Program-made: the position numbers and the translations under genes
Shown here: positions 8,756-19,846 of the stretch, piece by piece
Layout: every line of letters starts with the position of its first letter
Position numbering within the stretch: position 1 is the stretch's first letter
DNA from: Anaeromyxobacteraceae bacterium
Lineage (GTDB): Bacteria; Myxococcota; Myxococcia; Myxococcales; Anaeromyxobacteraceae
Direction: 5' to 3'
NCBI GenBank assembly: GCA_047602405.1
Contig: JASGHJ010000001.1
Span: forward strand, 1,120,001-1,184,000
Length of the DNA: 64,000 nucleotides
Notes under the pieces: generated by a model
Seen by the model: only the letters and a program-made list of their open reading frames with translations
Told to the model about the DNA's origin: nothing
Databases searched by the model: none

Positions 8756-11715
8756 TTACGGGAGGGTGCGGGTGGTGGGCGGGACGACGCCGAGCAGGTA
8801 CCCGGCCGCGTCGCCCTGGACCGTCGCGGCGTTGGCGGGCGTGACGCCGGAGCCCGCCAGCATGCCGTGGGCGACGGAGCCGCCGGGTGCGCTGGCGCTG
8901 TCGTAGAACGTCTGATCGGCGCCCATCACGTTGTTGAGCAGCAGGTTGAACGGGTTCGGGACGACCGCGTCGTTCTTCGCGATCTGGCCGTACCCGGCCT
9001 TGGCGGTCATCGCCGTCGCGCCGGTGGGGTCGGCGAGCAGGTTCGGCAGCATCGCCTTCTTCACGTGCTGCGCGTAGTTGATCGGGTCGCCCGGATCGAG
9101 GATCCACTTCGCGACGTTGAGCGTCTTCAGGTAGGCCGCCGCGATGTTGGCGTCGAACGCCGGGTCGCCGGGGTGATCTTCGCGCGGGTGTAGCCGGGGA
9201 TGAGCTGCGCGAACAGGCCGTCCACGCCGGCCTGGAAGGCGGGCGAGTTCGTGAACACGTCGGTGACCGTGCCGCCGCCCACCGACAGGGAGGCGCGGGT
9301 GATGCGCGGGTTCGTGGCGACGACCTGCGTGCCGGCGATCGAGCCGAGCGAGATGCCCTCGTAGAAGATCTGGGTCGGGTCGACGACGACGCCGAGCCCG
9401 CCCGCGGCGGTCGCGAACGGGTTCGCCGCCGGCTGCGGCCAGTTGAACGGCGCGCCCGCCGGGAGCCGCGCGAGCGCGAGGCCGAGCGCGGACTGGTCGA
9501 GCACGTTCTGGCGGAAGGCGTCGCGGATGCGGAAGAAGTTCGCGCTCACGAAGTAGCGCGAGCCGACGTTCGCGCCGGCGGCGGTGAAGACCTTCGTCGT
9601 GCCGGTGGTGCAGGTGCCGGGCGGGGTCGTGTCACCCTGGCCGGCCGCGCCGGTGAACGGCGTGCAGACGCCGTCGGCGCCGCCGTTGTCGCAGTCGGAG
9701 TTGGCCGCGCACCAGTTGCGCTCGCCGTGCAGCGGGAAGTCGATGGCCGCGGCGACGAGGCCGGCCTGCGCGAGGCCGGAGGCCACCGCGAGCATGGTGT
9801 CCTTCGAGCCGTTGAGGCCGTGGCCGAAGATGACGAGCGGCGCGCACTTCAGCGCGTTCGCCGGGGCCGGGCAGTTGTTCGCCACGTTCGCGGCGTTCGG
9901 CACGGCGACGTACGCGTTCAGGTTGGTGATCAGCGTCGCGGCCTTCGTCGCGAGGGCCGGGTCGAGGGCGCCGGTGGTCTTGTCGATCGCGTCGACCGAC
10001 TTGAACGTCACCCGGTAGAACTTCGCGACGCCGGTGGTCGGCACGCTCGCGGGGGGCGTGAACTCCACGGCGGCGGTCGGCGTGAAGATGGCGGCGTTGG
10101 CCGTCTTCTCCATCGAGTACGGCAGCGCGGCGAGCTGGAGGGAGACGTTCGGGACCGTCTGGGTCTTGAACGTGTAGGCGAACGCGACGTCGGCCTTGGT
10201 GGTGCCGGCGGGCAGCGCGTTCCACACCGGCGCGAGGTTGGCGCGCATGTCGCGCAGGCCGCGGGCGGTGTCGTCGGAGACGCCGGACAGCGCCGAGACG
10301 CCGGTCGTGTCGCCGGCGGTGCCGGTGGCGGGCTCGGCGGTCATGCCGAGCAGGATCTTGCCGACGGTCGGGGTGACCATCGCGGCGCCGGTGACGCCCT
10401 TCACCCGCTTCGTGACGACGACCGCGTAGGTCGTGTTGGAGCGGAGCGGCGGCAGGTAGATCGTGGTGGACGCGTTGACGGGGGCCGGCACGGCCGGCTG
10501 CAGGCCGATGGCGACCGAGCACCCGCCCGCGATCGGGCACGCGGCGCCCTGGGCCGTGACGATGGCGGAGGGCTGCGCGACGTAGCCGGCGGTGGCCGGG
10601 TTCCCGCCGCCGCCGAGCGTCGCCTTCAGCTCGGGGACCATGGTGGCCGTCTTCGTGGTGGTGCCGGTCACCGTATAGAGGAGGACGTTCGCGCCGTTGA
10701 TCGTCGAGGCGTCGATGGGCGAGGACGTCTGCGCGAGCATCATCGCGGTCGTCGAGAAGCCGTCGAGCGTCGTGAGGCCGGCGGCGGCCGGGCCGAAGGC
10801 GGGGTTCGTGATGACCGTGCCGTCGGCGTCGGTGCGGAGGAGGTCGATCGGGAGCGGGACGACGCCGGAGCCGGAGTCGACGAGCACGGCCGGGCCGGCG
10901 AGCGCCGGGGCCACGTTGAACGCGGCGGCGGAGGCGGTCTCCTCGACCGGCCACGCGGTCTTCACCACGTCGAAGGGCGAGAGCGCCGGGGAGGCCGCGT
11001 CCGGGGCCCAGACGTTCGCACCGCCGACGGCGGCGGTCTTCCAGCTCACCGGCGTCCAGAGCGCCTTGCGCACGCCCTCGAGCAGCGGGATCTGGGCCGC
11101 GGGCAGCGCGCCGAGCGGCTGGTTCTCCTTCTTCGTCAGGTCGCGGTTCGGGATCGCGAGCGCGATCGCCGTGTCGGCCGAGACCTCCTTGCCGGTGGTC
11201 GTCCTGACGCCGTTCGGGCCGCCGCGGACGGCGAACACGTAGCGCGCGCCGGCGTCCCAGCGGCGGGCGCCCGTCGCGTCCGCCTTCTTGCGGAGCGTGA
11301 GCACGCCGGCCGAGGCGCTCTTGTCGTAGTCGACGGCGGTCGGCGCGGCCGTGCCGTTCACCTTGAAGAGCGCGACGGTCGAGGACGTCACCGTCGCGAG
11401 GTCGATCGTCGGCGCCGCGTCGGCGACGTAGGCGGACCCGTTCCACTTCTGCGCGCGGAACGGGATGTTGATCGTGACCTCCTGGTCGACGGGGAAGCCG
11501 CCGGCGTCGACGAACGCCTGCAGGAACTCCTTCTGGGCGGAGGCGGGCAGCGTGGGGACGCCCGCGAGCGCGAGATCGTTCGGGGTCGGGATGTTCGGCG
11601 ACACGAAGGCGGCGAACACGATGTCGCTCTTCATCGGCTCCTGCTTCACTTCCGTGCAGGCGGCGAGTCCGAGCGCGGCGGCTGCGACGAGCGCAACGCG
11701 GCGGGCGATCATCAT
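8756..11715 (-). CDS. Large lipoprotein lipase (Pla-1/Cef/VolA-like), apparent 1-bp deletion near 9170-9173
   Basis: Lipobox LAAC, LDGFSTTA, FGHGL, AIDFPLHG, GISLG nucleophile elbow; second frame continues ILDPGDPIN...VAHGML; span is 3n+2. Confidence 0.8.
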
Positions 11716-12058
11716 CGAGGCTCCTCAGGGTGCGGGCGACGAAGAAGAAGGTGCGGCTGGGGACTGTGAGGGAGAGAGGCGACTCCCCTGATTGCCGATC
11801 GCAGACTGCAAAGTCAACAAAGCGCTGACGCCCGGCTCCAATTCGGATGAGCTCGCAATAACGCAATGCACCACGAGGGCTGGCGTGACGCGTCGCGCAA
11901 TCCCGGACAGGTCGCGCCGCCAATTCCGTCCGAGGTGCCGGTCGCCCGATCGTCGGAGAACTCAGCGGTGTACCCCCCGGCCGGGAGACGCGGTGCCCCC
12001 CACCGGACGCTCGGTGGTAAAAGGCAGCCGCCGTCGTCACCGGAGGGGCCTCAACGCC

Positions 12059-12985
12059 ATGACGCCGATCCCGTCGCTCGACGCGCTGCTCGACGCCGCG
12101 CGTGCGCTCGGTCCGCTGCGCCTCGCCGTGGCCGCCGCGGAGAGCGACACCGCGCTCGCCGCGGCCGTCCTCGCGCGCTCGCGCGGCATCGCGGAGGCGG
12201 TGCTCGTCGGCGCCCCCGACGCGCTCCGCGCGAGGTTGAGCGCGCTCGGCGAGGACCCCGCCGCGTACCGCCTCGAGCCCGCGGCCGGCGACGTCGACGC
12301 CGCCCGCCGCGCGGTCGCGCTCGTGCGCGCGGGCGAGGCGCACGTGCTCCTCAAGGGCAAGCTCTCGACCGGCGACCTCCTGCGCGCCGTGCTCGACAGG
12401 AAGGACGGCCTGCGAGGAGAGGGACTGCTCTCCGACGTGCTCGTGGCCGATCACCCGGTTTCGCCCGCGCCGCGCCTCGTGGGCATGACCGACGGCGGCG
12501 TGAACGTCGCGCCCACGCTCGACGAGAAGCGCCAGATCCTCCGCAACGCGGTCGCGCTCTTCCACGCGCTGGGCGTCGAGCGCCCGAAGGTCGCGTGCCT
12601 GTGCGCGGTGGAGACCGTGAACGAGAAGATGCCGCACACCGTGGAGGCCCGCGCGCTCGCCGAAGAGGCCGCGCGCGGCGGGCTCGGCCCGTGCGAGGTC
12701 GCCGGCCCGCTCGCGCTCGACAACGCGCTCTCGCCCGAGGCGGCGCGCGCGAAGGGCATCGACCACCCGGTCGCCGGCCACGCCGACGTGCTGCTCGTGC
12801 CGTCGATCGAGGCGGGCAACCTGCTCGGGAAGGCGTTCACCTGGCTCGCGCGGAAGCCGGTGGGCCACGTCATCCTCGGCGCGCGCGCGCCGGTGCTCAT
12901 CCCGTCGCGCGTCGAGTCGAAGGAGGACAAGCTCGCCTCCATCGCGCTCGGCGTGGTGGCCGCGGCGCGGGGGGCGTTCCAGTGA
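12059..12985 (+). CDS. ptb: Phosphate butyryltransferase / phosphate acyltransferase
   Basis: LLKGKLSTGDLLRAVL, GPLALDNA, IEAGNLLGK motifs. Confidence 0.88.
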   Translation: MTPIPSLDALLDAARALGPLRLAVAAAESDTALAAAVLARSRGIAEAVLVGAPDALRARLSALGEDPAAYRLEPAAGDVDAARRAVALVRAGEAHVLLKGKLSTGDLLRAVLDRKDGLRGEGLLSDVLVADHPVSPAPRLVGMTDGGVNVAPTLDEKRQILRNAVALFHALGVERPKVACLCAVETVNEKMPHTVEARALAEEAARGGLGPCEVAGPLALDNALSPEAARAKGIDHPVAGHADVLLVPSIEAGNLLGKAFTWLARKPVGHVILGARAPVLIPSRVESKEDKLASIALGVVAAARGAFQ

Positions 12986-14082
12986 CGCCGGGCGGACACG
13001 GGAAGCTCGTCCTCGCGGTGAACCCCGGCGCAGGCTCCACGAAGCTCGCGCTCTTCCCCGCCCCCGGCGACGCGGCGCTGCGCGAGGAGAAGCTCGAGCA
13101 CCCGGAGCTCATGGCGCGCCCGGCCGCGCGCATGGTCGAGGAGCTCCCGGCGCGGCTCGGCGCGGTGCGCGCGTTCCTCGATCGCGCCGCGGTCGGCCCC
13201 GGGGCGCTCGCGGCCGTGGTGGGTCGCGGGGGCCTGTTGCCCCCGCTCGCCGCGGGCGCCTGGGAGGCCGACGACGCGATGCTCGCCGAGCTCGCCCGCG
13301 CCGAGCGCGGCGAGCACGCCTCCAACCTCGGCGCGCCGCTCGCCCGCGCCATCGCCGACGCCCGCGGCTGCCCCGCGCTCGTCGTCGACCCGGTCGCCGT
13401 CGACGAGCTCGAGCCGGTCGCGCGGCTCACCGGCCTCCCCGGCGTCGAGCGCCGCAGCTTCAGCCACGCGCTCAACATCCGCGCCGTCGCCCGCCGCCAC
13501 GCGACCGCCCGCGGCGCGCCGCTCGCCTCGCTCCGGCTCGTCGTCGCGCACCTCGGCACCGGCATCTCGCTCGCCGCGCTCCGCGACGGCCGCATGGTGG
13601 ATGTCGTGAACCCGCAGGACGAGGGCCCGTTCTCCGGCGACCGCGCCGGCGGCGTGCCCGCGACGGCGCTCCTCGACCTCTGCTTCGCCCCGGGCGCCGA
13701 GAAGAAGGCGCTCCGCCGCCGGCTCTTCGGCGAGGGCGGGCTCTACGCGCACCTCGGCACCCGCGACGTCCGCGAGGCGCTGCGCCGCGCGAGCGCCGGT
13801 GACGGGAGGGCCGCGCTCCTCGTCGACGCGCTCGCCTATCAGACCGCGAAGGCCGCCGCCGGCCTCGCGGCCGCCCTCGAGGGCCGGCTCGACGCCGTGA
13901 TCCTGACCGGTGGCCTCGCGTTCCTCCCGGAGGTCGTCGAGGCCGTCCGGCGCCGGGTCACCTTCCTCGGGCCGGTCGACGTCCAGCCCGGCGAGGACGA
14001 GCTCAGGGCCCTCGCGGAGGGCGCGTGGCGGGTGCTCCGCCGCGAGGAGGAGCTCAGGAGCTATGCCCGTCGGAACGCGTAG
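12982..14082 (+). CDS. buk: Butyrate kinase
   Basis: NPGAGSTK, GRGGLL, HASNLGA, HALN, PGEDE motifs; GTGA overlap with ptb. Confidence 0.9.
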   Translation: MTPGGHGKLVLAVNPGAGSTKLALFPAPGDAALREEKLEHPELMARPAARMVEELPARLGAVRAFLDRAAVGPGALAAVVGRGGLLPPLAAGAWEADDAMLAELARAERGEHASNLGAPLARAIADARGCPALVVDPVAVDELEPVARLTGLPGVERRSFSHALNIRAVARRHATARGAPLASLRLVVAHLGTGISLAALRDGRMVDVVNPQDEGPFSGDRAGGVPATALLDLCFAPGAEKKALRRRLFGEGGLYAHLGTRDVREALRRASAGDGRAALLVDALAYQTAKAAAGLAAALEGRLDAVILTGGLAFLPEVVEAVRRRVTFLGPVDVQPGEDELRALAEGAWRVLRREEELRSYARRNA

Positions 14083-14089
14083 TTGGCTC

Positions 14090-14124
14090 GTGTCCGGCAC
14101 CGGCGTCTCCGGCGTGTCCGGCAC
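14090..14124. repeat. Two GTGTCCGGCAC motifs, 24-bp period
   Basis: Exact copies at 14090 and 14114. Confidence 0.75.
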
Positions 14125-14164
14125 CACCTGCCGATGGGGCTGCGACAGAACGCCACTTTTTACG

Positions 14165-14193
14165 TTGCCTCGTCTTGCTGCACTGCGTAAGGT
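14165..14193 (+). promoter_or_regulatory. Putative sigma70 promoter of etfBA
   Basis: TTGCCT-N17-TAAGGT in an AT-richer patch. Confidence 0.5.
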
Positions 14194-14234
14194 TCCAACC
14201 CCGTCGCATTGACTCCAGAATCAGGAGCTCCCGA

Positions 14235-15038
14235 ATGCCTCTGAAGATCCTGGTGACCGCGAAGCGCGTCGAGGACCCGGAGTCGAAGATCAAGGTCCGC
14301 CCGGACGGCGCCGGCATCGTCACCGACGGCGTGAACTACAAGATGAACCCCTTCGACGAGATCGCCGTCGAGGAGGCGCTCCGCCTGAAGGAGAAGCACG
14401 GCGGCGAGGTGATCGTCGCCTCCATCGGCTCCGACAAGGCGACCACCGAGCTCCGCGCCGCGCTCGCGATGGGCGCCGACCGCGGCATCCTCGTGAAGCA
14501 CGAGGGCCCGCTCGACCCGGTCATCGTCTCGGCGATCCTCGCGAAGGTCTGCGAGCAGGAGAAGCCGGACCTCTGCATCCTCGGCAAGCAGTCCATCGAC
14601 GACGACCAGAACCAGGCGGGCCAGTACCTCGCCGAGCGGCTCGGCGTCGGCCAGGCGACGTTCGCCTCCAAGAACGAGAGCCTCGAGTCGGAGGCCGAGC
14701 AGAAGAAGCAGCCGGGGCTCGAGCTGTCCGCCGACGGGAAGAAGCTCTCCGTCGTCCGCGAGGTCGACGGCGGCGTCGAGACGCTCGAGGTCACGCTGCC
14801 GGCGGTCGTGACGACCGATCTCCGCCTCAACAAGCCGCGCTTCGCGTCCCTGCCCGGCATCATGAAGGCGAAGAAGAAGCCGCTCGCGGAGCTCTCGGCC
14901 GCGGCGCTCGGCGTGGACCTCACGCCGAAGGTCATCGTGAAGAGGCTCTCGGAGCCCCCGGCGCGCAAGGGCGGCGTGAAGGTCGCCGACGTCGACGAGC
15001 TCTGGAACAAGCTCCACGCGGAGGCGAAGGTCCTGTAA
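14235..15038 (+). CDS. etfB: Electron transfer flavoprotein beta subunit
   Basis: MNPFDEIAVEEALRLKE, ALAMGADRG, GKQSIDDD, PRFASLPGIMKAKKKP. Confidence 0.95.
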   Translation: MPLKILVTAKRVEDPESKIKVRPDGAGIVTDGVNYKMNPFDEIAVEEALRLKEKHGGEVIVASIGSDKATTELRAALAMGADRGILVKHEGPLDPVIVSAILAKVCEQEKPDLCILGKQSIDDDQNQAGQYLAERLGVGQATFASKNESLESEAEQKKQPGLELSADGKKLSVVREVDGGVETLEVTLPAVVTTDLRLNKPRFASLPGIMKAKKKPLAELSAAALGVDLTPKVIVKRLSEPPARKGGVKVADVDELWNKLHAEAKVL

Positions 15039-15057
15039 GGGCCCTCGGGAGAACGCC

Positions 15058-16020
15058 ATGTCCAACGTCCTCATCGTCGCCGAGCAGTTCGCGGGCACCC
15101 TCCGGAAGGCCTCCCTCTCCGCCGTCGCGGCGGGGAAGCAGCTCGCCGCCCGCACCGGCGGGAAGCTCACCGTGGCGCTGCTCGGGAAGGGCATCGCCGC
15201 CGCCGCGCAGGAGCTGTCGTCGTACGGCGTCACCGTCCTCGCGGCCGACGACGCCGCGCTCGAGCACCCGCTCGCCGAGGCCTACGCCCCGGTGATCGCG
15301 CGGCTCGCGAAGGAGCAGGGCGCGGCCTACGTCGGCGCCGCCGCCACCGCGCTCGGGAAGGACCTCCTCCCCCGCGTCGCCGCGAAGCTCGAGGCCGGCA
15401 TGGCCGGCGACGTGCTCGCGTTCGGCGGCGACGGCGCGGCCGTCACGTTCAGGCGGCCGATGTGGGCGGGCAACGTGCTCGCCGAGATCGAGCTCGCGAC
15501 CGCCGTGAAGGTGTTCACGATCCGTCCCACCGAGTTCGCCGCCGCGGCGAAGGAGGGCGGGGGCGCGGTCACCGCCGTCCCCGCCGGCGTCGACGCGGGC
15601 GCCCTGAAGACCCGCTACGCCGGCTTCAAGGAGGTCAAGAGCGCCCGGCCGGACCTCGGCGAGGCGCGGGTCGTCGTCGCGGGCGGCCGCGGCACGAAGG
15701 GCGACTTCAAGCCCGTCGAGGCGCTCGCCGACGAGGTCGGCGCGGCGGTCGGCGCGAGCCGCGCGGCCGTCGACGCGGGCTGGGTGCCGAACGACTGGCA
15801 GGTCGGGCAGACCGGCAAGGTGGTCGCCCCCGAGCTCTACGTGGCGGCGGGCATCTCCGGCGCCATCCAGCACCTCGCCGGCATGAAGGGCTCGAAGGTC
15901 ATCGTGGCCGTGAACAAGGACGCCGAGGCGCCGATCTTCGCCATCGCGGACTACGGCCTCGTCGCGGACCTCTTCCAGGCACTCCCGGCCCTCACCGCGA
16001 AGGTGAAGGCTTCGAAGTAG
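15058..16020 (+). CDS. etfA: Electron transfer flavoprotein alpha subunit
   Basis: [36 protein letters not shown]. Confidence 0.95.
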   Translation: MSNVLIVAEQFAGTLRKASLSAVAAGKQLAARTGGKLTVALLGKGIAAAAQELSSYGVTVLAADDAALEHPLAEAYAPVIARLAKEQGAAYVGAAATALGKDLLPRVAAKLEAGMAGDVLAFGGDGAAVTFRRPMWAGNVLAEIELATAVKVFTIRPTEFAAAAKEGGGAVTAVPAGVDAGALKTRYAGFKEVKSARPDLGEARVVVAGGRGTKGDFKPVEALADEVGAAVGASRAAVDAGWVPNDWQVGQTGKVVAPELYVAAGISGAIQHLAGMKGSKVIVAVNKDAEAPIFAIADYGLVADLFQALPALTAKVKASK

Positions 16021-16051
16021 CGGAGGCGAACACGGCAGGGGCGAACGCGCG

Positions 16052-17050
16052 ATGACCGAGCAGGACCTCGCGGACCTGGGGGTCCACCGCGTCGCGGTGC
16101 CGGTGCCGTTCCCGCAGGCGGGCGGCCCGGTGAACCTCTACCTCGTCGAGGAGGCCGGGGGCGGCGTCATGCTGTTCGACGCCGGCCTCGGCTCGGACGA
16201 GGGCAAGGCGGCGATCGAGGAGGGCTTCCGCCGCCTCGGCCGCCGCTTCGACGAGGTCACCCGCATCGTCGTCTCGCACGGCCACGTCGACCACTTCGGC
16301 GCGGCGCGCTTCATCCAGGAGCGCCACGGCGGCGAGCTGCCGGTGTACGCGCACCTCGCCGACCAGCCCAAGATGACCGAGGCCGGTCCGCGCTGGGCCG
16401 AGCTCGCGCCGCGTTACGGTGCCTACCTCGTGCGCCTCGGCGTGCCGCCCGACGTGCTCGCCGCGGTCGCGAAGGAGGGCGAGCGGAGCCACGGGTTCTC
16501 GCGGCGGCTCGCGTCCGCGATCCCGATCGGCGAGGGCGACGTGGTCCGCACGAAGCACCTCGCGCTCGAGATCCTGCACATGCCCGGGCACACGCCGGGC
16601 CTCCTCTGCGCGTACGACCGCGCGCACGGCGTGATCCTGTCCGACGACCACCTCCTCGAGAAGGTCTCGCCGAACCCGCTCATCGAGCTCGGCCCCGACG
16701 GCCAGCCCTCCGGCTTCCGGCCGCTCTCGGCCTACCTCGCGAGCGTCGCCCGCATGCGCGCGCTCGATCTCGAGCTGGTCCTGCCCGGCCACGGCCCGCC
16801 GTTCGCGGACCACCGCGCGGTCATCGACAGGCTCGTCGGGTTCTACGGGAAGCGCCAGGAGAAGATCCTGGGGCTCCTCGGCGAGGGCGCGCCGACCGTC
16901 TACGAGGTCGCCGCCGCGCTCTTCCCGCGCGCGCGGCCCGGCGACGTGTTCCTCACGGTCTCGGAGACCATCGCGAACCTCGAGGTGCTCGAGGACCGCG
17001 GCGCCGTCCGCCGCGCGGACGACCGGACCATCCGGTTCGCGCGCGACTGA
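16052..17050 (+). CDS. MBL-fold metallo-hydrolase
   Basis: SHGHVDHFG, PGHTPG, LPGHG motifs. Confidence 0.9.
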   Translation: MTEQDLADLGVHRVAVPVPFPQAGGPVNLYLVEEAGGGVMLFDAGLGSDEGKAAIEEGFRRLGRRFDEVTRIVVSHGHVDHFGAARFIQERHGGELPVYAHLADQPKMTEAGPRWAELAPRYGAYLVRLGVPPDVLAAVAKEGERSHGFSRRLASAIPIGEGDVVRTKHLALEILHMPGHTPGLLCAYDRAHGVILSDDHLLEKVSPNPLIELGPDGQPSGFRPLSAYLASVARMRALDLELVLPGHGPPFADHRAVIDRLVGFYGKRQEKILGLLGEGAPTVYEVAAALFPRARPGDVFLTVSETIANLEVLEDRGAVRRADDRTIRFARD

Positions 17051-17124
17051 AGGTCGCAGGCAGCGTGGGCTCGTTGTCGAGCCGGGTGGGGGGTGGAAGA
17101 CTCGCCCGCCGGGGAGAGACCGCC

Positions 17125-17643
17125 ATGCTCCGCACCCTCCGTCGGCTCCTGCCGTTGCTCGTGCTCGTGTCTGCCAGCACCTCGGCGGAGGAGCCCGCCC
17201 GGAACGCGCTCACGTTCGGCGTGGGGCTCGGCCGCGCCCGCGTCTCCGGCACCGGCTCCGTGACCGGGTGGGCGCTCCGGCTGCGGGCGGTCACTCCGGT
17301 GGCCGCGCGCGTCGAGCTCGGGCTGGAGGCCCTCAGCGAGACCTCCGTCTTCGACTCCCTCTCCACCGTGGACGTCGCCGCCACGTACTATCCGGTGGCC
17401 GGGTTCTTCGTGCGGGGCGGGGTCGGCGCGAGCAGGCGGGAGGGGGCGACCGGGCCGTGGTCGGCCACCGAGGTCGAGGACGTGGGCGCGAACGCGCTCG
17501 CTGGCCTCGGCTACGCGCTCGGCGGCACGCGCGGGCTCGCCGCCTCGATCAACCTCGAGGGGCAGCTCCACCTCTTCGACCGGCAAGGCGGCTGGGAGAG
17601 GTCGGAGAGCGCGGTCCTCTGGCTCGGGCTCGACTGGCGCTGA
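17125..17643 (+). CDS. Small outer-membrane beta-barrel-like protein
   Basis: Signal peptide, alternating beta-strand pattern, ends LGLDWR. Confidence 0.6.
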   Translation: MLRTLRRLLPLLVLVSASTSAEEPARNALTFGVGLGRARVSGTGSVTGWALRLRAVTPVAARVELGLEALSETSVFDSLSTVDVAATYYPVAGFFVRGGVGASRREGATGPWSATEVEDVGANALAGLGYALGGTRGLAASINLEGQLHLFDRQGGWERSESAVLWLGLDWR

Positions 17644-17652
17644 GCGCGGGGC

Positions 17653-18039
17653 TCACGTCGGCCGCGCGAGGATCTCCTCGTCGAGCGTCCCGTGCGCGTG
17701 CCCCGCGGGCAGGTCGAGGTGCGCGGGCGTGCGCCGCACCGGCCGGTGGTGGATCGGCTTCACCATCGACAGCACGAACAGCACCGGCGCCACGAGGAGC
17801 AGGTCGAGCCGCGTGCCGGGGCCGAGGTCGGGCAGGAAGAGCGCCGTGAACGGCATCGCGAGCGCGATCGCGGTCACGACGAAGCGGAGCGCCGGCTTGC
17901 CGGGCGCCGCGAGCGCGAGGACGAGGAGCGCGAGCGCGGTGGCGACGGTCAGCGCCGCGGAGAGCGCGGTCTGCGGCAGGAAGAAGGCGGACGCGAACAG
18001 CCAGGTGGCGACGAGCAGCACGTAGGTCAGGAACCTCAT
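17653..18039 (-). CDS. Four-TM hypothetical membrane protein
   Basis: GGAGG RBS, MRFLTYVLLVATWLFASAFFLP..., four hydrophobic segments. Confidence 0.7.
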   Translation of the reverse strand: MRFLTYVLLVATWLFASAFFLPQTALSAALTVATALALLVLALAAPGKPALRFVVTAIALAMPFTALFLPDLGPGTRLDLLLVAPVLFVLSMVKPIHHRPVRRTPAHLDLPAGHAHGTLDEEILARPT

Positions 18040-18200
18040 GACGGCCTCCCAGGCCTCAGCTCCCCCGGGGCTGGAGCACGCCCGATCGTGGCCCCGCGGA
18101 GGTGGACCGTAGAAGCCCGCCGCAGGGGTCGCCACCGACGCGTGCGCACCCCGGCACACCCTCGACAACCGGGCGCGGTTCGGGCATTTCTTCGAGCCCC

Positions 18201-18959
18201 ATGCTCGACCTCCTCGCGCAGCCGGAGACCTGGGTGTCGCTCGCGACGCTCTCCCTCATGGAGATCGTCCTCGGCATCGACAACGTCGTCTTCCTCGCGA
18301 TCCTCGCCGGGCGGCTCCCGCGCCCGCAGCAGCCGTCGGCGCGCCGCCTCGGCCTCGGCCTCGCGCTCGGCACGCGGCTCCTGCTCCTCTTCTCCATCAC
18401 CTGGGTGATGGGGCTCACCGCCGAGCTGTTCCACCTGTTCGGCCGCGGCTGGTCCGGGCGCGACCTCATCCTCGCGGGCGGCGGCCTCTTCCTGATCGCG
18501 AAGGCGACCTTCGAGATCCACGACAAGCTCGAGGTGAAGCACGAGGAGCACGCCGCGAAGACCGCCGCGAACGCGGCGTTCTGGATGGTGATCGCCCAGA
18601 TCGCGCTCCTCGACGTCGTCTTCTCGCTCGACTCGGTCATCACCGCGGTCGGAATGGCCCAGCACCTGAGCATCATGATCGCCGCGATGGTGATCGCGAT
18701 GCTCGTGATGCTGGTCTTCGCGGGCCCCATCGGCGACTTCGTCGAGCGCCACCCGACGATGAAGATCCTCGCGCTCTCGTTCCTGATCCTCATCGGCGTG
18801 ATGCTCGTCGCCGAGGCGCTCGGCCGGCACATCAGCCGCGGCTACGTCTACTTCGCCATGGCGTTCTCGTTCGGGGTCGAGCTCCTCAACCTGCGGATGC
18901 GCAGGGCCCACCAGGCCCCGGTGAAGCTGCACGGGCCCGGCGAGGGCGGCGCACCCTGA
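18201..18959 (+). CDS. TerC family membrane protein
   Basis: EIVLGIDN and DVVFSLDSVITAVG motifs. Confidence 0.92.
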   Translation: MLDLLAQPETWVSLATLSLMEIVLGIDNVVFLAILAGRLPRPQQPSARRLGLGLALGTRLLLLFSITWVMGLTAELFHLFGRGWSGRDLILAGGGLFLIAKATFEIHDKLEVKHEEHAAKTAANAAFWMVIAQIALLDVVFSLDSVITAVGMAQHLSIMIAAMVIAMLVMLVFAGPIGDFVERHPTMKILALSFLILIGVMLVAEALGRHISRGYVYFAMAFSFGVELLNLRMRRAHQAPVKLHGPGEGGAP

Positions 18960-19846
18960 TGGCCGACCTCGCGCTCCTCGTCCTCACGCTCGCCTGGGGC
19001 ACGACCTTCTTCTTCGTGAAGGGCGTGCTCGGGGTCGCGCCGCCGGGCGTGTTCCTCGCGTCGCGGTTCCTCGTCGCCTCGCTCGTGCTCGGCGCGGTCG
19101 CGCTCTGGCGCCGCGACCGGGTGGGCCCGCGCTTCTGGCGGGACGGCCTGTTGCTCGGGCTCTCGATGTGGGGTGGCTTCGTCCTGCAGACCCTGGGGCT
19201 CGAGCACACCACGCCCGCGCGCTCGGGCTTCCTCACCGGGCTCGCGGTCCTCATCGTGCCCTTCGTGATGCGCTTCGCGCTCGGGCGGGCGGTGAAGCTC
19301 GCGTCGTGGGCCGGCGTCGCGCTCGCGGTGGTGGGCCTCGCGCTCCTCACCCGCCCCTGGACCGACGACCTCGCCGGCGCCATCCGCCTCGGCGACGCCC
19401 TCACCGCCGGCTGCGCGGTCGCCTTCGCGATGCAGATCGTCTGGACGAGCGAGTTCGCGCCGCGCCACCCGCTCGTGCCGCTCGTGCTCCTGCAGGTCGG
19501 CGTCACCTTCCTCGGCGCGGTGCTCATGCTGCCGTTCGAGGAGGTCGCCATCCAGCCGGGCGGCGTGCCGCGCTTCGCGGCGACCGTCGCCTACACCGGC
19601 CTCGTGATGACGGCGTTCGCGTTCTTCGTCCAGAACTGGGGCCAGCGGCACACCACCGCCGTCCGCGCCGCCCTCATCTTCGCGCTCGAGCCGGTCGCCG
19701 CGGCGCTCTTCTCCTGGGGCGTGGGCGGGGAGCCGCTCTCCCGCTGGGACTGGGCGGGCGGCGGGCTCATCGTGCTCGGCGTCGTCGCCGGCGAGGTCGG
19801 CGGCGCGCTCGAGAAGCCCTCGCACGCGGAGCACATCCCGGCATGA
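18959..19846 (+). CDS. DMT/EamA family transporter
   Basis: WGTTF, LQTLGLEHTTPARSGFLTGL, LEPV; about 10 TM segments. Confidence 0.9.
   Translation: MADLALLVLTLAWGTTFFFVKGVLGVAPPGVFLASRFLVASLVLGAVALWRRDRVGPRFWRDGLLLGLSMWGGFVLQTLGLEHTTPARSGFLTGLAVLIVPFVMRFALGRAVKLASWAGVALAVVGLALLTRPWTDDLAGAIRLGDALTAGCAVAFAMQIVWTSEFAPRHPLVPLVLLQVGVTFLGAVLMLPFEEVAIQPGGVPRFAATVAYTGLVMTAFAFFVQNWGQRHTTAVRAALIFALEPVAAALFSWGVGGEPLSRWDWAGGGLIVLGVVAGEVGGALEKPSHAEHIPA

Noticed and set aside
18040..18200. yybP-ykoY Mn riboswitch before terC
   Set aside because: Conserved core motifs not recognisable
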